From NCBI GenBank assembly GCA_012862495.1, contig BLSG01000238.1, positions 1-41,545 of the forward strand: a stretch of DNA of 41,545 bases, in the 5' to 3' direction. This stretch comes from Thraustochytrium aureum. Lineage: Eukaryota. The notes under the pieces were generated by a model, which saw only the letters and a list, made by a program, of their open reading frames with translations, was not told the origin of the DNA and did no database searches. The translations under genes were made by a program, and so were the position numbers. Below are positions 30,404 through 41,545 of the stretch, one piece after another. Every line of letters begins with the position of its first letter. Position 1 is the first letter of the stretch.

Positions 30404-32434
30404 ATGAAGCGCGCGCGGAGCGAGAGCCCGCCCGCAGGGTCGCGGCGCGGGTGCCTACTCGACGAGGACGGCGNNNNNNNNNNNNNNNNNNNNNNNNNNN
30501 NNNNNNNNNNNNNNNNNNNNNNNNNNNNNNNNNNNNNNNNNNNNNNNNNNNNNNNNNNNNNNNNNNNNNNNNNNNNNNNNNNNNNNNNNNNNNNNNNNNN
30601 NNNNNNNNNNNNNNNNNNNNNNNNNNNNNNNNNNNNNNNNNNNNNNNNNNNNNNNNNNNNNNNNNNNNNNNNNNNNNNNNNNNNNNNNNNNNNNNNNNNN
30701 NNNNNNNNNNNNNNNNNNNNNNNNNNNNNNNNNNNNNNNNNNNNNNNNNNNNNNNNNNNNNNNNNNNNNNNNNNNNNNNNNNNNNNNNNNNNNNNNNNNN
30801 NNNNNNNNNNNNNNNNNNNNNNNNNNNNNNNNNNNNNNNNCGTCGTTGGCCCAAGGGAAAGGTGTTCGGCTCGCCATCCGGCGCCCCAGCGCAAACGGGG
30901 CTTTGTGCGGGTCGGGACGCAACGGGCGCGACCTCGCTGGCGTCCGACGGGGGTCACGTCCAAGGCGATTCCGTCTTGCAATGCTCGCGTGGAGCGAGCC
31001 CAGGACCTGGGTCTGCAGAAGAACGTCGCGAGCACCGCTGTGCAATCCCTGGGCCCAGCAGCGTCGAGCGGGCCGCCTTGGCTAGGGCAGCTGAGGCGGC
31101 CACAGCAAGTCTTGCTTCCCAGAAGAGAAAAGCTTCCGAGCCAGCAACATCTCCTGATCGTTTCGAATCGCGTGGGCAAGCTGAGGGCGCCCGCGTTCCA
31201 GGGCGCATTTCTGAAATTGCGCGCGTTGCAGAGCCGGTGTGCGTCGACGAGCCTCCAACGGGCGGGCCTTCCGACCTCGCCGAGCCACCAATCGCTGCCA
31301 CTGGAACGATTGACCTGAGCGGCGAAGCAAGCGCAACGCAAAACGTCGAGTTGGACATCGAAAGCAGGGCGGCTCGGCCCAAAGCGGCGCCGCTCAGGAC
31401 GCTGCATGGCGACCCACTCGGGCGGGGGCTCTGCAATTACGGCAGCACTTGCTTCATGAACGCAGTGGTCCAGGCTTTAGGCGGTGCACGTCGTTCAGGC
31501 TCGCTCTCGAGCATGACTACTTTGCGCACTTGAAAGCCGCGCCATGTTCTGGTCAGTGCGCCTTGTGTCAGATGTGCGAGATTGTGGACGGCGTGCTGGT
31601 AGCCGCTCGCGGGGAGGGCGACGCGCTTGCCCCGGGTCTCGGCATTCTTGCGCAAGTTAGGTGGGCCGTCCAGGTTTGTGGCGGCGCGGCAAGAGGATGC
31701 GCACGAGTTTTGGCTCCTCCTGCAGTCGGCCTTGGTTGCCTGGGACGCGCAGGCAAGCGTGGCGATGCCGCGGGCTTGGACAGAGCCCGGCCCGTGCATG
31801 CTGGTACGTTTTGCTGGCAATTGCCTTTGTTGTTGTTGTGGTTGTTGTTGTTGTTGGTGGTGGTGGTGATGGTCGGCGGAACGTCTGACATCCGCTCTTT
31901 AGAGGTCGCTGTACAAGGGCGAGCTGTTGACAGAGTGCATCTGCTCGGTTTGCGAGTTTGTTTCGGAACGAGCAGAGGTATTCCAAGACCTCAGCCTGGA
32001 CATTTCGTCGCCAAACGTGGTCTCGGTCGCAGACGCGCTCAACGAGTTTTGCGGCGTCGAGGTGCTGCAAGCCGAGAACGCCTACCAGTGCTCGTCCTGC
32101 AAAGTGGCAGTTCGAGCGCGGCGAAGCACGCAGGTGGCGCGGCTGCCGCCCGTTCTCGTCGTGCACCTGAAGCGGTTCGGCGCCTCACCGAACAGCAAGC
32201 TGGCCAAGCACATTGACTTTCAGCGCAGCTCATTTTCGAGCGCGAGGGCCACCGAAGCCTGGTGACCAGGCTCGTGGCGGTCGTGGTGCACAAAGGCCAA
32301 CGGCCGGCAGCGGGCACTATGTGGCCTTTGCGCGGGCCGAGGGCGGGTGGGCGTGCTTTGACGACACGCGGGTCCAGCGCTGCCCTTGGGAAGTCGTGCG
32401 GTCCCAGCAAGCCTACATGCTTTTGTACGAATAA
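30404..32434 (+). CDS. Ubiquitin-specific protease (peptidase C19, USP36/42/17-like); start uncertain; intron 31804-31902; at least four frameshifts
   Basis: Cys box GLCNYGSTCFMNAVVQAL, QEDAHEF, C..C zinc pairs, FQDLSLDI, LPPVLVVHLKRF, His box VVVHKG....GHYVAF....GW..FDD..V and AYMLLYE*. Confidence 0.85.
31826..31872. repeat. (TTG/TGG)n microsatellite inside the USP intron
   Basis: Seen directly. Confidence 0.75.
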
Positions 32435-32710
32435 GACAACAGGCCTTAGCCCTTCGCCAGTTTGGCCGAGATCCAGACGCTTGCCTGGAGCGTGTTGAGC
32501 GAAGCTGTCCTGCAGGCATCCCCGAAGCCCCTTCTATTCTCAGCTCCCCGCTCTCATCAGCTTTCGTGGAGGTGGCGTCTGCCATTGAAGTGTGTCGCGC
32601 ACGCCAAACAACACGCGCTGGGCCCACGCCCTCCTCTGCCAGTGCGTCTGGCACTCTCGAGCGCGAGTTGAATCCACAGAGAGGCATGCAGAAGTGCCTG
32701 TTCGTTTACG

Positions 32711-33148
32711 TCACGGGTGGCCGTATATGACGTGCGTCAACGTCCGCGACGGATTTACCAGCACTAGAGTGAAACTGCGCGCACAGGGCGGAGCTGGGCT
32801 TGCAGTGCCAGAGGGATTTCTTCCGCTGTTGTTGGCGATTGCGTTGCGCTCGAGCAGAGCTTGGCGTGGTGATTGCTGGGCGCGGTTGTTGGAGGTGTGG
32901 AACTTGGCGCGCGTCGGCGCGTCGCTCCCAAGAGGGAAAGAGCTGCGGAGTCTGTAGGCATCGGAATTCGGAAATCCGCCAAAGGTACTCGTGTAACTCG
33001 AACGACCGGGTACTGACTGACCGGTGACTCGGGCGTAGTAGCGTTCGCGCTCGTTGGCGGCGAGCCTTTCGGGTTGGGCTTGCGAAACTTGGCGCACGGA
33101 GTATCCTTTCGATCGACGTGAAGCAACGCGCGCCGCAAGCTTATGCAC
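32711..33148 (-). CDS. Possible small hypothetical protein; boundaries uncertain
   Basis: 145-aa ORF with non-repetitive, protein-like composition (YYARVTG...SSYTSTFGGFPNSDAYRLRSSFPLG...FHTSN). It is convergent with the USP gene and divergent from the PUF gene. No recognised domain, and the listed start is not ATG. Confidence 0.3.
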   Translation of the reverse strand: MHKLAARVASRRSKGYSVRQVSQAQPERLAANERERYYARVTGQSVPGRSSYTSTFGGFPNSDAYRLRSSFPLGSDAPTRAKFHTSNNRAQQSPRQALLERNAIANNSGRNPSGTASPAPPCARSFTLVLVNPSRTLTHVIYGHP

Positions 33149-34175
33149 TGACTAGGATTTCTGTGGGCGAGCAAAGTTGCGGGCCAGCGCAAAAATCAAC
33201 GCGAATTCTCGAGGGCGGGGCAGCGGGGCGTGCGTCCAGGCGGACGGCGCACAAGAGTGCACGCATCCCTCTATCGACCACAATGCAAGTACTGTAGGGC
33301 AGCCTGTGTAGGTCTATGGTTTGAAAGATTGAGCGCCCTGTAGAGGAAGCTTTTGCACGGCGGAATTGGCCCACCCCTTCCTGCTCTTGCGCCGCCAGCC
33401 AGATCTCGGCCAGGCCAAGCGTAGCCAGACGCTCAGCCCTCCGCCAGGATTATACACCAAGCAACACGACATCCAGTGATCCGTGCGGACTCCGGCGCGC
33501 CTCCGCGTTGCAATCCTTCCGCCGCCTGTTCAGCGCCTCGAAACCCTCCGTCGACGCGAGCGCTTGCGCAGTTCAGCACCGTCGCGCAAAGAGCTAGTTG
33601 GCGGGAAAGAAAGAGAGCAACCAACCACGCACGCAAGCCAGCCAGCCAACAGCACTCGCAGCAGCCCAGGCGGCGAATGCGATGCCCAGACGGGTGGACG
33701 GACGGACGGATGGCCGGATGGGCAGATGGACAGGCGGTGTCTGTTGCCGACCGGCGGATGGATGGGTCAATCAATCATCGTCGACCTCTCGGCAACCCGA
33801 CCNNNNNNNNNNNNNNNNNNNNNNNNNNNNNNNNNNNNNNNNNNNNNNNNNNNNNNNNNNNNNNNNNNNNNNNNNNNNNNNNNNNNNNNNNNNNNNNNNN
33901 NNNNNNNNNNNNNNNNNNNNNNNNNNNNNNNNNNNNNNNNNNNNNNNNNNNNNNNNNNNNNNNNNNNNNNNNNNNNNNNNGCGGGAGGAGGAACTCCGCG
34001 GGAAAGGGACAACTACTAGTAGAAGAGCAACGTGAAGGAGGAAGGGAGCGAGAGAGGAGGCGGGGTCGAGGAGAGAGAGGGACGAGCGACAGAGACGGGA
34101 GGGAGGAAGGAGGCCGAGGAGCGGCAGCAGACCCCTTTCGACGCAGCCGACGGCGACAGAGCGCGCGGCCAGAGC

Positions 34176-34376
34176 AGGCAGGCTGGCAGGCAGGCAGGCA
34201 GGCTGGCAGTGCAGGAGCTTGGCGCTTGGCTGTAGGGACGGGAAGAGGCTGGCAGGCGGGCAGGCCTTCAGGGTGGCAGACAAGAGAGTAGTCGCGCCCG
34301 TGTGGGTTGTTCTGTCTCGCGGCGGGCGAACTGTTTCGGCTCGGCTGGACAGTGCGGGAGCGGAGCGCTTGGCTGT

Positions 34377-34411
<35 letters not shown>

Positions 34412-34464
34412 CGCTATCTCGCGTTGTTCTGTCTCGCGTCGGGCGAACGGTTTCGTCTCGCTGG
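34176..34464. repeat. Imperfect local duplication interleaved with (GGCA)n microsatellite upstream of the PUF gene
   Basis: GCGCTTGGCTGTAGG at 34222 and 34365. About 42-bp unit GTTGTTCTGTCTCGCG.CGGGCGAAC.GTTTCG.CTCG at 34306 and 34423. (CAGG)n at 34381-34410. Confidence 0.75.
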
Positions 34465-34634
34465 CTGGCTGACGAAGGAAGCAAGGGTTTCCCGTGGCGG
34501 ACGCGCAGCGATTTGGCGACGCTGCTCGGAGTCTCGCGAGCCGACGCAGGGGGAGGACGCTAGGCGAGCGGTCGCGCGGACTCGGTTGAGCGACGCCGCC
34601 GTCGCCGACTAAAAGGGCCGCGCCGGGGAACAGG

Positions 34635-37448
34635 ATGCGTGACATTCTCGGGGGCATGAGCCCGCGCGCAGACGGCGAGGCCCTGATGGGCCTACGAAGG
34701 CACATGAGCAGCTTGATGCTCAGCACCGGCGCGTTCGACGACATCGAGGAGGAGGCGGCTGACGACGAGGAGCACGGCGAGCTTGGCGCGCGCAGCGGGC
34801 TCGAGGACCTCGAAAACGAAAACGTGTTCAGCAACAAGCTGCCTTCGCGGGGCTCGCATACCGCGCCGCGGCTGAAGCGGTGCAAATCCGCTTCCCTCAC
34901 CTGGGACGACTGCTCCTGGGACGGCAACCTGCTCGGGCCGATAGGCCTGACACGCACGGGGCAGACCCCTCGCAGGCTCCGCTAAAGCACCTCCCAGAGC
35001 AGGCAGAACGCGACGTGGAGGAAAAGCTCACCAAGCAGGCCACCCAGCTCATGAGCCTTCTTGACAGCCCTCGCGAGTCCAAGGACGACGGCGGCCTATT
35101 TTCCGACATCCCGCACGACTCGCGCCCCCGGCTCATCAGGCGCGCCACATTCTCAATATTCCCGAAGGAGCTCTCCGGCGATGTGCTGCGCGGCGGCCAC
35201 GACCACCAGCGACTGCGAAGAGAGTCTGGGGCAGACATGCATCCCCCGGAGTGGACCTCGTTTCCGCACAGCTCGGGCTCGCTCAGGCAGTCGCCCAACC
35301 TTGGCGAAAAGCAGGCGCTCGAAGAGAGCGCGGAGGAGCACGCGGAGGAGAAGAGCGCCTGCGCGGAACCGGCAAAGCGGCGCCCGTCGTTGCGCCGCGT
35401 CAACAGCGCCGAGCTTGTTCGAAGGGCCTTTCCCGAGATGCTGTTTGACAGGTCGACGCCAGCGGACGAAACGAGCGACGACCCCGCTGAGAAGGAGGCG
35501 TTTGTTGGGCGACCGACCTCCGGCTCTGTTTCGTCGGCCTCTTCTGCGGGGATTTCTGCCAGTCGGACCATTCTCAGGGCGCACAGCGGTCGCATGGGGC
35601 GCCAGTGTCTCCGCAGCGGGGGCCACAACAAACGACGCCGGCCGGGGACCAAGCGCAGGAGGCTCCACCCGGGTTCCCCCCACGGGTGGGCGGCGTGCCT
35701 GGGATGCCAGCACCGCACCTTGCTGCCCCCGCACATGCACTGGCAGCAGGTGCCGCTGATGCAGCAGGTTTATGGCGTCCCTCCGGTGGTAGGGGCGCCA
35801 GCGATGCCTGGGATGGGTAATGCCCCGGCATATGCCGGGCATGATGATGCCTGGCATGGTGGACATGCATCAGCAGCAGCACATGCAGGCCCAGTTTATG
35901 CTCTACATGCAGCAGATGCAGCAGATGATGTATGTTCAGCAGCAGCAGCAGCAGCAGCAGCACGGCCACTTTGCGGGCTCGCCGCCTGGCATGGTGGGCA
36001 TGGGGATGATGCCGCCTGCGGCAGGGTTCATGGGGCAGCCGATGCAGCACGGCGCAGAGTATTTCCCGGCACAGGGCCATCCTTCCTCTGTTTATGGGGG
36101 CGCTGCTGCCTCTGGGGCAAACGGTGGTGCGGGGTCCGAGTACGGCACCCACCAGCAGCACCTTCACGGTAAGACCTCGCAAGCGCAAGCTCAGGGCAAC
36201 GGTCGTTCGGGCCGCCGCGGCTCGGACTCGTCGTGGAGCGGCGGGTCGCAGGGTACGGTGCAGGTCTGCTCCGCCCTGCTGGCAGACCACAAGAAGGGCG
36301 GGCGCAAGCCGTCAGTGGAGGAGCTGCAAAACCACGTGCTCGAGTTTGCCAAGGATTCGCACGGCAGTCGGTACTTGCAGGAGGTGATGAACGCGGCGAC
36401 GCCTGCGGAGCGGCACCTTCTTGTAGAGGAGATCAAAAACGACTGCCTCTCGGTGACGCAGGACCTTTTTGGCAACTATGTGCTGCAAAACTTCCTCGAG
36501 CACGCCACGGAGGAGCAGCGCCTCTTTATCGCCAACAAGATGCGCGGCGTTGTGGTGAGCCTCTCGATGCACCCCCACGGGTGCCGCGTCGTCCAAAAGG
36601 CGCTCGAGCTCGTCGCTCCCGGCGAGACCCGCACAAGCCTGCTGAAAGAGCTCATTCTTGCCGAGTCGCCTGGTACCGACGGCGCCGATCTCGACCTCGA
36701 GCAGGTGGCGCGCGACGCCCATGCCACTCACGTGCTCCAGAAGGCTGTGGTCGTGCTACAGCGCGATGTGTATCCGCACCTCGAGGCGCGCGAGAGCCGC
36801 GGGGCTCGCTTTCGCAAGAGCGGCGGGGCAGAGAAGCGCTGCCACGTGCGCCGCAACACCGACGCGGCGCTCATCGCGACGTCCAAGCGCCTACTCAAGG
36901 CCGTGGAAGACGTGGTCGCCGACAACGTTATGCTGCTTGCTCTGAACCAGCACGCGTGCCGCCTGGTGCAGCGCGTTTTGGGCGACTGCGATCGCGCGCG
37001 GAGCCCTTGTGTCTCGGTAATGATGGATGCGCTCGAGCGCGAGACGGACCGTCTCGCGCACGACCAGCACGGCAACTTTATCCTGCAGCACATCCTTGAG
37101 CTGGGGCAGGACGACCAGGCGGACCGCATCCAGGACTACGTGTCGACGCGCGCGGTTGTCCTCGCGCAACACAAGTTTGGTTCCCACCTCGTAGAAAAGA
37201 GCCTCGTGACCGGTGCGCCTCGCCAGGCGACGGTGGTCATCGAGGCTCTCCTCGCGGTGGCGCCAGATCTGCTCACCAAGCTTCTCAAGGACGCATTTGC
37301 CAACTTTGTCATGCAGCGCGCCTTTGACGTTGCTCCTCCGAATCTCCGTGTGCGGATCGAGAATGAGGTTGCCTCGCGCGCCGAGCTCCTTTCGCAGTTT
37401 CCTCACGGCCGCCACGTCCTGTCGCACTTGGCGCGAACCTCGCGGTGA
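34635..37448 (+). CDS. Pumilio/PUF-family RNA-binding protein with long disordered M/P/G/Q-rich N-terminus and 8 Puf repeats; frameshifts in the 5' half
   Basis: Puf repeats DSHGSRYLQ, DLFGNYVLQ, HPHGCRVVQKALE, DAHATHVLQK, NQHACRLVQRVL, DQHGNFILQHILE, HKFGSHLVEK, DAFANFVMQRAFD and terminal GRHVL. Upstream ORFs 34635-34985 and 34880-36172 are collinear, so the 5' extent is less certain than the domain. Confidence 0.88.
35938..35960 (+). repeat. (CAG)n polyglutamine tract in the PUF protein
   Basis: Seen directly; encodes QQQQQQQQ. Confidence 0.85.
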
Positions 37449-38140
37449 GTTGTACCGCGAGTCATTCCAGGACGTACAAACCTAAACCTTGATGACCGGC
37501 TGTTCTTTGTTTGCTTTTTGCTCTTTCTTAGCATCCGTGCTGTTACTTGCTTGTTTTTTGGTCAACTACGGAGGAACCGGACGGACGTCCGAGAGTCCGA
37601 AGGTGGCGACGCGCCTGACGCTCGACGGCGTCTTCCGATTCCGTAGCGTCCGTGACAAACTTGTTGGCGGACGGATCGCCAAGCAACCTCTTGCCGCACA
37701 CGTCATGCGGCTGGTGTTTCACTGCGCTTCGCTGACGTGAGCAACCTGTGGAAAGCCTGCCGCAGGCGACGAGACAGCGCCATCCCGAACGGCTCGCCAG
37801 GGAACGTGGGTACGGCTGGCGGAACGGGTCTGTGCCCCGCCACGGCCGCGCCGACCCTCAATTCGCCATGCCGATCTTTCCGTCAAGAGCGTCAAGAATT
37901 GCGCCCTGGATGCACTCGCAACGACGGACGAGGCGCCTGAGGAAGTAACGAGTGCGGCTGAACTGGATCGCAGCGGGCCTGAAATGGACTTCACCTTGGC
38001 CGGCGTGTCGCATGATCGCCCCCACCCTCTCGGTGAGACGGACGCGCCGCGCTCGCTGGCCGGGGCAGACCCCGAACGTCGAGCCGAGCAGAGAGCAGTT
38101 GTCGGAGCAGGAGCAGAGAGCGAGCAGCAGCGCAGGCAAG

Positions 38141-38790
38141 ATGAGCAGCAAGCAGCTAGCCAAAGAGGTGTACCTTGTGGCGGCCAAGCGCACGGCGTTC
38201 GGGTCGTTTGGAGGGTCGGTCAAGCACCTCTCGGCGGTCGAGCTCGGCGCCGTTGCCGCGCGCGGCGCCATCGCGCAGCTGCCCTCGCCGGAGATCATCG
38301 ACAGCGTCATCTTTGGCAACGTGTCGCAGACGACGACCGATGTGGCCTACCTCGCGCGCCACGTCGGGCTCAAGGCCGGGTGCAAGGTCGAGGCGCCCGC
38401 GCTGACCGTGAACCGGCTGTGCGGCTCAGGGTTCCAGAGCATCGTCAACGGGTGCCAGGAGATTCAGGTGGGCGACGCCAACGTCGTGCTGACCGGCGGC
38501 GCCGAGAGCATGTCGATGGCCCCGTACCAGGTGCACGGCGTGCGCTTTGGCAACGTCCCCCTCGGCGTCAACCCGCCGATGGTCGACAGCCTCTGGGAGA
38601 CGCTCAAGGACAAGAACTGCGGCGACATGCCGATGGCCATCACGGCGGAGAACCTCGCGGAGAAGTACGGCATCAACAAGGTGCAGTCGGACGAGTTCGC
38701 GGCGCGCTCGCAGCGGCTCTGGGAAGCTGCCAACAAGGCGGGAATCTTCAAGAGCGAGATCACCCCCATCAAGCTCAAGGACCGGAAGAA
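38141..38790 (+). CDS. ACAA2: 3-ketoacyl-CoA thiolase, mitochondrial ACAA2-like; 3' half in gap
   Basis: MSSKQLAKEVYLVAAKRTAFGSFGG...DSVIFGNV...AYLARHVGL...ALTVNRLCGSGFQSIVNGCQEI...GGAESMS.APY...MAITAENLAEKYGI. Catalytic Cys is in NRLCGSG; strong GC3 bias. Confidence 0.92.
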
Positions 38791-39690
38791 NNNNNNNNNN
38801 NNNNNNNNNNNNNNNNNNNNNNNNNNNNNNNNNNNNNNNNNNNNNNNNNNNNNNNNNNNNNNNNNNNNNNNNNNNNNNNNNNNNNNNNNNNNNNNNNNNN
38901 NNNNNNNNNNNNNNNNNNNNNNNNNNNNNNNNNNNNNNNNNNNNNNNNNNNNNNNNNNNNNNNNNNNNNNNNNNNNNNNNNNNNNNNNNNNNNNNNNNNN
39001 NNNNNNNNNNNNNNNNNNNNNNNNNNNNNNNNNNNNNNNNNNNNNNNNNNNNNNNNNNNNNNNNNNNNNNNNNNNNNNNNNNNNNNNNNNNNNNNNNNNN
39101 NNNNNNNNNNNNNNNNNNNNNNNNNNNNNNNNNNNNNNNNNNNNNNNNNNNNNNNNNNNNNNNNNNNNNNNNNNNNNNNNNNNNNNNNNNNNNNNNNNNN
39201 NNNNNNNNNNNNNNNNNNNNNNNNNNNNNNNNNNNNNNNNNNNNNNNNNNNNNNNNNNNNNNNNNNNNNNNNNNNNNNNNNNNNNNNNNNNNNNNNNNNN
39301 NNNNNNNNNNNNNNNNNNNNNNNNNNNNNNNNNNNNNNNNNNNNNNNNNNNNNNNNNNNNNNNNNNNNNNNNNNNNNNNNNNNNNNNNNNNNNNNNNNNN
39401 NNNNNNNNNNNNNNNNNNNNNNNNNNNNNNNNNNNNNNNNNNNNNNNNNNNNNNNNNNNNNNNNNNNNNNNNNNNNNNNNNNNNNNNNNNNNNNNNNNNN
39501 NNNNNNNNNNNNNNNNNNNNNNNNNNNNNNNNNNNNNNNNNNNNNNNNNNNNNNNNNNNNNNNNNNNNNNNNNNNNNNNNNNNNNNNNNNNNNNNNNNNN
39601 NNNNNNNNNNNNNNNNNNNNNNNNNNNNNNNNNNNNNNNNNNNNNNNNNNNNNNNNNNNNNNNNNNNNNNNNNNNNNNNNNNNNNNNNNN

Positions 39691-40734
39691 ATCCAGTCGT
39701 CCTCGTCGCCGTCGCTCTCGCTACCAGAGTCGTGACGAGAGCGGCTTTGTTTGGGGACCTTGCCACCACTGGGCTTGCCCGATGATGGCTTGGGAGGCCG
39801 CGCTCCTTGCTTGGCCGCATCACGGTCGCGCTTGCCTGCGGTCGCGCCGCTTCCCTTGCGCGGCGCGCTCTTTGCCTCGACTACCTTGATGCCCCGCGCC
39901 TGCTTTTGCTCTTGCTCCTCGCGCCTCTTTCGGTCGACGCGGTCGGCCGAGGCTTTTAGCTTGCTCTCGCGCTCCGCGCTGCTCAGTTTAGCCTTCGGGG
40001 CCTGGGCCGAGTTGGAAGTTGGTGCGCCAGCCTCCTTTTGGCTCAGCACCGTTTTCCAGTGCTGCACTACCTTTCCAGCCAAGTTGCTGATCTTGAGAAT
40101 CCGGTGCTTGCAGAGCTTGGAAACCAGCTTGCCAGCCTTTGTCTCTTTGACCGACTCCTTGCTGACGCGCGTGACAATGGCGAGCCGGTTCAGGACGAGC
40201 ACAATGTTCTCCGTGTGGTCGACGTCGACGCTCTTGCGCAGCTCGTCGATAAGCTTTGGGAAAGGCATCAGCCCCAGCGCCATGCTGTTAAGCAGCTTGA
40301 TGCTCTGGTCGCTCGGGCCCTCGCTTGCCTTGACGGGGGACGCCTTGGGCGCATCGCCCGCGGCTCCTGCCCCGCTGTCGCTCACGGACGCGGGGCGAGG
40401 TCACCCGGAGCGGCGTGGCCCCATTCCCGTTCGACGCGCCCCGCTCCGGGGCGCCCGCCTCGAACGGTGCGGCCGCCTTCTGGCACAGCAGATACATTTC
40501 CTTGTCAAAACTTGCGGCTCCCAGCCTCTTCTTCACCATATCGTCCAGCATACCTTGCAAGGACGCCACAGCCCTGGGCCCGGACCCGCTCCTGAGCTCC
40601 TCAGACCCACGCCCCTGCTCGGCATCGTTCACGAGCGAGGCCAGGCACTTGACCACGAGTTTCCTCGCCTCCTCCTCCTTCTCGACCAGCTCCAGCAGCG
40701 CCTTCTTGCGCTCCAGCAGCTCCTTGAGCACCAT
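39691..40734 (-). CDS. Protein with TFIIS N-terminal (TND/LW, Med26-like) domain; frameshift near 40390; 3' end in gap
   Basis: N-terminal ORF MVLKELLERKK... joins ORF 40385-39691, which contains LVLNRLAIVTRVSKESVKETKAGKLVSKLCKHRILKISNLAGKVVQHWKTVL (L..T.IGK.V..LRKH....I...A..LV..WK pattern), followed by a basic then acidic tail. Confidence 0.75.
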
Positions 40735-41052
40735 GGATGACTGACCACGGCAGCCTCGCCCAGCCCGTCCCCCACCGCGCGCGCGTGCGAACCTCCCCGA
40801 GCGCCCGCCTGCCGCGCCTTGGAGTCTGCGGGCGAGTGCACCCACGCACGCACGCTCTCGCACAGACCGGTGCGCGCCACTCGCTCGCTGGTCCGCGCGC
40901 TCCGTCCCTCCTCCACGCACCCGCTAACCCCAATAGAGGGCTGCGCACTCGAGGCGTTCGCTTCGATAATGATCGCCTGCGACCCGGAACCTCGACAAAG
41001 GGCATGGGCGGCTCGAGCAGCACGCGCGCTTCACCGCGAGCACCCGCGGGCT

Positions 41053-41295
41053 ATGGCTACCCTTGTGGGGTCCGCTGAGGACGACCAAGAAGTCGAGCGC
41101 GTTGACGACGCCGAAGGAGTTGCTCGAGGTTTTGAGCTCGCGTCCTGCGTTTTCAACGGCACGAGGGACATTGCAGACCAAATCATCACTGACGCTGTAC
41201 GCCACGCGCTTCTCCTGAAGGAGACCACTGTCGCGCCGACCCTCCGACGCTCCCTCTCCCGGCGCTTCTCGAGCTCTTCAAACTACTCGTCTTGA
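41053..41295 (+). CDS. Possible start of a hypothetical protein, probably frameshifted and continuing toward the window end
   Basis: ATG at 41053 opens MATLVGSAEDDQEVERVDDAEGVARGFELASCVFNGTRDIADQIITDAVRHALLL, divergent from the TFIIS-N gene. No recognised domain. Confidence 0.3.
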   Translation: MATLVGSAEDDQEVERVDDAEGVARGFELASCVFNGTRDIADQIITDAVRHALLLKETTVAPTLRRSLSRRFSSSSNYSS

Positions 41296-41545
41296 CATGA
41301 AGCAATGCAGAGTTCTCGGCACGACGTTGCTCTCGCCAGCGCGCGGACCAAACAAAGCCTGGACGGCGCTGCATCGACATCCAAACGTCCACCCACCGCG
41401 AGCCCGCGAGTCCGTCCGCAAGTTCTCGGCGCCATGGCATAGGGTAGGTCGGTCCTCTTGCCCGCCGGCGCGCTGCTCGAGCGCAACCACGGACGGCCTC
41501 GTCCTCGCGCAGTGCAGGGCCGAACGCAGCACTCGCTCGCTCGAG

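Noticed and set aside
14625..33292. GCAAGTAC 8-mer in three intergenic regions (14625, 26722, 33285)
   Set aside because: Its reverse complement also occurs in coding sequence (about 12782 and 36371), and the counts are too low to separate from chance.
1..41545. Transposase, reverse transcriptase, viral, tRNA or rRNA sequences
   Set aside because: No recognisable motifs in the sequenced portion. The gaps cannot be assessed.

Overview
A GC-rich, gene-dense eukaryotic genomic window, not prokaryotic. It has short GT-AG spliceosomal introns (GTRAGT/GTRCGT donors, CTGAC/CTAAT branch points, YAG acceptors), many N-gaps and scattered single-base indels that split otherwise intact genes, consistent with a draft assembly. 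The gene set and style suggest a protist, possibly a stramenopile such as a thraustochytrid, but that is inference. Genes in order: NSE1 of the SMC5/6 complex (-), plant-type FKBP12 (+), coiled-coil protein (-), V-ATPase subunit F (+), giant GRIP-domain golgin (-), class C GPCR (-), SLC25A39/40-Mtm1 mitochondrial carrier (+), dynein roadblock light chain (-), large IQ-motif protein (+), VPS10/sortilin (-), ABCG half-transporter (+), C19 ubiquitin-specific protease (+), small orphan ORF (-), Pumilio/PUF protein (+), 3-ketoacyl-CoA thiolase (+), TFIIS-N-domain protein (-) and a weak ORF (+). I found no rRNA, tRNA, CRISPR array or transposase, and no convincing new multi-gene system. The best leads are individual: an NSE1 that appears to have lost its RING finger, a class C GPCR with a short non-Venus-flytrap ectodomain, a four-Cys loop in the SLC25A39-like carrier, a PUF domain with a variant repeat 4 and a large insert, two ATG-only first coding exons, and a recurring CCCTCTA motif in divergent promoter regions. 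All family assignments are by motif recognition; no database search was run.
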